A stretch of 64,000 nt of DNA from the NCBI GenBank assembly GCA_964016885.1, contig OZ024744.1, positions 86,552,001 to 86,616,000 on the forward strand. Reading direction: 5' to 3'. The notes beneath the pieces were generated by a model. The model saw only the letters and a program-made list of their open reading frames with translations, was not told the origin of the DNA and did no database searches. Origin of the DNA: Eledone cirrhosa (Eukaryota). Shown piece by piece: positions 59,697 to 64,000 of the stretch. The translations under genes were made by a program, and so were the position numbers. Position 1 is the first letter of the stretch. Each line of letters opens with the position of its first letter.

Positions 59697-60220
59697 CATC
59701 ATCATCGCCATCATCATCATAATCATCATGAAAATGAGCTCATGCTATTGAAGATGCTATTCATAAAAATGATGATGTTAATGATGATGATGATAGTGAT
59801 GGTGGTGATGATGATGATGGTGATGATGATGATGATGATGGTGATGATGGTGATGATGATGGTGATGGTGATGGTGGTGATGATGATGATGATGATGGTG
59901 ATGGTGGTGGTGGTGGTTATTAACATGATGACCGTCCACATGACCGAGTCAATATTCGTAATGACAATGATGACATTGACGATGATGATGATGATAATGA
60001 TGATGATGATGATAAGGATGATGATGATGATGATCATCATCATCATCATCCTTATCATCATCATCATCATCATTATCATCATCATCATCATCATCATCAT
60101 TGTCATCATTGTCATCATCATCAATGTCATTAACATCTTCATAATTGTCATCAAGATAATCAATGTGATACGATGATGATGATGATGATGATTATGATGA
60201 TGATGATGATGATGATGATT

Positions 60221-60311
<91 letters not shown>

Positions 60312-60495
60312 AGAGGATGATGATGATGATGAATATGATGGTAATGATGATGATGATGATGATGATGATGATTATGAAGATGTTAATGACCTCAATGATG
60401 AAGACGATCATGATCATGATGATGATGACGATGATGATGATGATGATGACGATGACGATGACGATGACAATGATGAAAATTATGATAATGTTTAG
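56950..60495. repeat. Long (GAT)n/(ATC)n region containing four tandem SINE A copies (~57945-58636, minus strand)
   Basis: Direct inspection. SINE cores at ~57950, ~58170, ~58345 and ~58510. Confidence 0.9.
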
Positions 60496-60725
60496 ATAAT
60501 AATTAGTGACGTGTGTTGGAGCCTTGGGGCTCTGTCTTCCTGTGAGTTGGTGAGCCACACCCGAAATTACTATGTTGCTCCAAAGATTGTCACCAGATGG
60601 TTTCCGTAGTCGACAATGTCAAGAATGAGTAAAAAGGAAAAACCACTTCCTCTGAAAATTGCTTTATATTTTTTAAAAATATTTATTTATTTAATGTTTT
60701 GTGACTCTTTCTTTGTATATTAATC

Positions 60726-60919
<194 letters not shown>

Positions 60920-60943
60920 GTGTGTATATATATATATATATAT

Positions 60944-61003
<60 letters not shown>

Positions 61004-61038
61004 ATATATATATATATATATTTATATGTATATATATA

Positions 61039-61084
<46 letters not shown>

Positions 61085-61218
61085 TATTTTACTATATCAC
61101 CACTTATCCCATTCATTCTTTCTTAATTTCCTATTCCAAAACCGTTCTTTCTTTCTCACCCTCACTCCCCCACTTTCTCTTTCTCTCTCACGATCTTCCC
61201 CTCGCCCTCTCTTTTCTC

Positions 61219-61295
<77 letters not shown>

Positions 61296-61493
61296 CAACC
61301 CGTTCTTGTTTTCCGTTCAGCTTACTCATACTCTTAATATTTCTAACTTTCTCTATCTGTATTACTGGACTTCTGCTTCTGTATTAATTTTGATACAATT
61401 TTCTCTGGGTTTTTCATCGTCGATCTTTCTTCTTATCATATCGAACTCATAATCTTATTTTCTGTCAGTGCTCCTACGCGTTTGTCTGTCTTA

Positions 61494-61600
<107 letters not shown>

Positions 61601-61956
61601 GACAGTTGATCAAATCGGACCGGGGAAGCAATGTTTCCATTGGTCTTTCCAATGGCTAATACTATCTATCGGTCGCAATTCCAGGTAGAAGGAGCAACAC
61701 ATCACATGGTGTGGGAATCGAACTCACAAACTCACAAGTGCGAATCCAATTCTCAAACCACTTAGCCACGGGGTTTTTTTTTACAAAACAATATAAAAAT
61801 TGGAAAGAGGTAAGTGGAGAAGTTAAACAGCTCAAAATACAGTAATTTATTATAATAAATAATAGAAAAGGCTAGATTTTTCAAACAAGCATGTGTACAA
61901 AATCCAAGTGTTAAAAATAATTCTCTGTTATTTATTTGGTAATTTTATTTTTCTAG

Positions 61957-62025
61957 TAATGTGCTTGAGTGGTTTGATGCTGTACCTCTGTAGATGGATA
62001 ACATATGTTTTTGAAACTACACAAG
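61957..62025 (+). CDS. Candidate 69-nt internal exon (xMCLSGLMLYLCRWITYVFETTQx), phase 1 to 1
   Basis: Acceptor aattttatttttctag, donor AAG|gtaagc. Open in phase 1; hydrophobic peptide. Confidence 0.5.
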
Positions 62026-62905
62026 GTAAGCTACTTGTATAAGTAAGTACGATTTCTGGTTAAACCTCTTTAAGTTACACACCAACTTTCCCATGGAGTC
62101 AATATGTTGTGAACTTTTCATATCTCGGGCTATGTTCTTAACAATGAAGAACAAAATATATTAAAAGAAAAAGTTAAACCTTATTAATAAATAACAATGT
62201 AAGGTAAATGGACTCTGTTTGTTTCGACGAGGTCTCTCCCTTTTTTTGAACAACGAAACAGTTTACAAGTAAAATTATCCTTCAAGTGGCTGAGCATTAT
62301 ACAGACACGTTTACGTTTGGCCTAATTCGCAGGAAGTTTGATCGTGACACACAATATAAGAAGGCTAGAGCTTTAAATTCCAGGTACTGATGGGTTTCTA
62401 AGCAGTTTCCTTCTACCCAATTTCACTCACAAGGTCAGGGTCGATCCGCAGTAATCGAAAACTCTATTTAATAGAAATGCCCCTCAATGGGATTGAACCT
62501 GTGAATGTATGATTGAAAGCGAACGTCTTAACTATTCACCCACTTTGGGACCAAAATGGTATAAAAGAGCGTATTGCTATGAACAAGCTACAAAATAATT
62601 GACATTTGATGATTAAACATATTTTAGCAATAGATCAATAATTGATTATTTAGGAGAAATTGTTAGCAGTTGATAAATACAGATTAATGACCAAACCAAA
62701 CCAATCACTCTATAAATAATTTTTACATAATGAGTAGAGATATCAATTAGTCTGAAGTTAATGGATATCGAATAGAAAATATAATGAAAACATTTTATAT
62801 ACAGGCTGATGAATTATGGGTATTGTTAGAGTATGTAAGCAAAGAAAATAACCATATAAACTATATAAGTGCATGCTGAATAACAGTTCTCTGGCTATCA
62901 GGCGG

Positions 62906-62956
<51 letters not shown>

Positions 62957-63031
62957 TCTCTCCCTCTCTCATTCCCCCTCTCCCCTCTCTCTTTCTCCCT
63001 TTCTCTCTATTTCTCTCTCTCTCTACTCTCT

Positions 63032-63150
<119 letters not shown>

Positions 63151-63499
63151 ATAGAGGTGTAACACACAAGTTATTATATATTGGTAAACGGAATAGAAAA
63201 TGCTGACAAATTGTTCACAGTGAAAAATATGATTAGGAGTAAGTCAGAATTAGTAATAGTATTGGTTAGTATTCAGTTTTGGTTTTAAGTTTTACCGGTT
63301 GCGCATTTCTAATGCTTTTCAAAAATAATTTTGAGATAGTGCGTCCGTGATGTTTGCTCTGATCTGAGCAAACATCAGAGTAAACATCACGGACGCTCTA
63401 TCTCAAAATTATTTTTGAAAAGCATTAGAAATGCGCAACCGGTAAAATTACAATTACATACAATAAAAACGTGTAAAATATTATCACAAATGTAATTTA

Positions 63500-64000
63500 A
63501 AAATTAGTCTATTTTCCCCAATAGAGAGAGACATTTCATATGGGTTACACATACCCCCGAAAAAAATGTGCAACCCTCATTTCCAGGAGTTTGTACTCCT
63601 TTCCTCTCCTCCTCTTTTTCCTCAACCTACAGGTTGATATAGAGAGAAGGCCCATTCACTCGGGCTAATCTCGCCACTTTCACCCACCTTTCATGAAACT
63701 TGCTGGGGTACAGCACCTCTCTCTCCATCCTGATTCTTCTTCCAAAGTGGTATTGGAAAAAAAGAATCATTGGCCGGAGAGAAAGGTGTTTGACCTCAGC
63801 CCTTTCAACCTTGTCCACCATACAACCTCTTTCGCCATAGCTATCACACAAAGGAAAACCGCCTCTCCTTCGTTTTTGAAGGAGGGTGGCGGTTTGATCA
63901 TGACAATGGACTCGGTGGTCAACTGGATTGGTCCCACACGCGACAATAGTCGTTCTACATAGCCCCAGAGGTCGGTGACGCCCGGGCAGTGTATGAATGC
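63500..64000 (-). mobile_element. Third Tx1-like LINE copy (3' end), running off the window edge
   Basis: ORF 63627-63851 (FQYHFGRRIRMEREVLYPSKFHERW...GPSLYINL) and nucleotide similarity to 46890-47370. Confidence 0.9.

Overview
AT-rich, microsatellite-saturated eukaryotic (metazoan) DNA. The SINE and transposon content suggests a coleoid cephalopod, probably Octopus; this is inferred from repeat recognition, not a database search. Almost all ORF-track entries are microsatellite artefacts. The real content is: three decayed copies of a Tx1/L1-clade LINE; at least four Penelope-like element (PLE) relics with RT and/or GIY-YIG motifs; two mariner relics; two non-autonomous Helitrons; RTE and CRE-like LINE 3' ends; and many tRNA-derived SINEs. 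There are also a few probable host exons: a minus-strand 3' gene end at about 16.2-22.5 kb and a plus-strand 69-nt exon at 62 kb. The most striking signal is a dense set of short non-coding elements from several unrelated families. They sit in (TA)n tracts, usually as inverted or fold-back pairs, and many carry minimal type-I hammerhead ribozyme motifs: a CUGANGA..GAAA core with a palindromic, probably dimer-forming stem III. About 15 such motifs can be read by eye, and three families link to GIY-YIG PLE ORFs in the window. All structures were folded by eye and coordinates of decayed elements are approximate.
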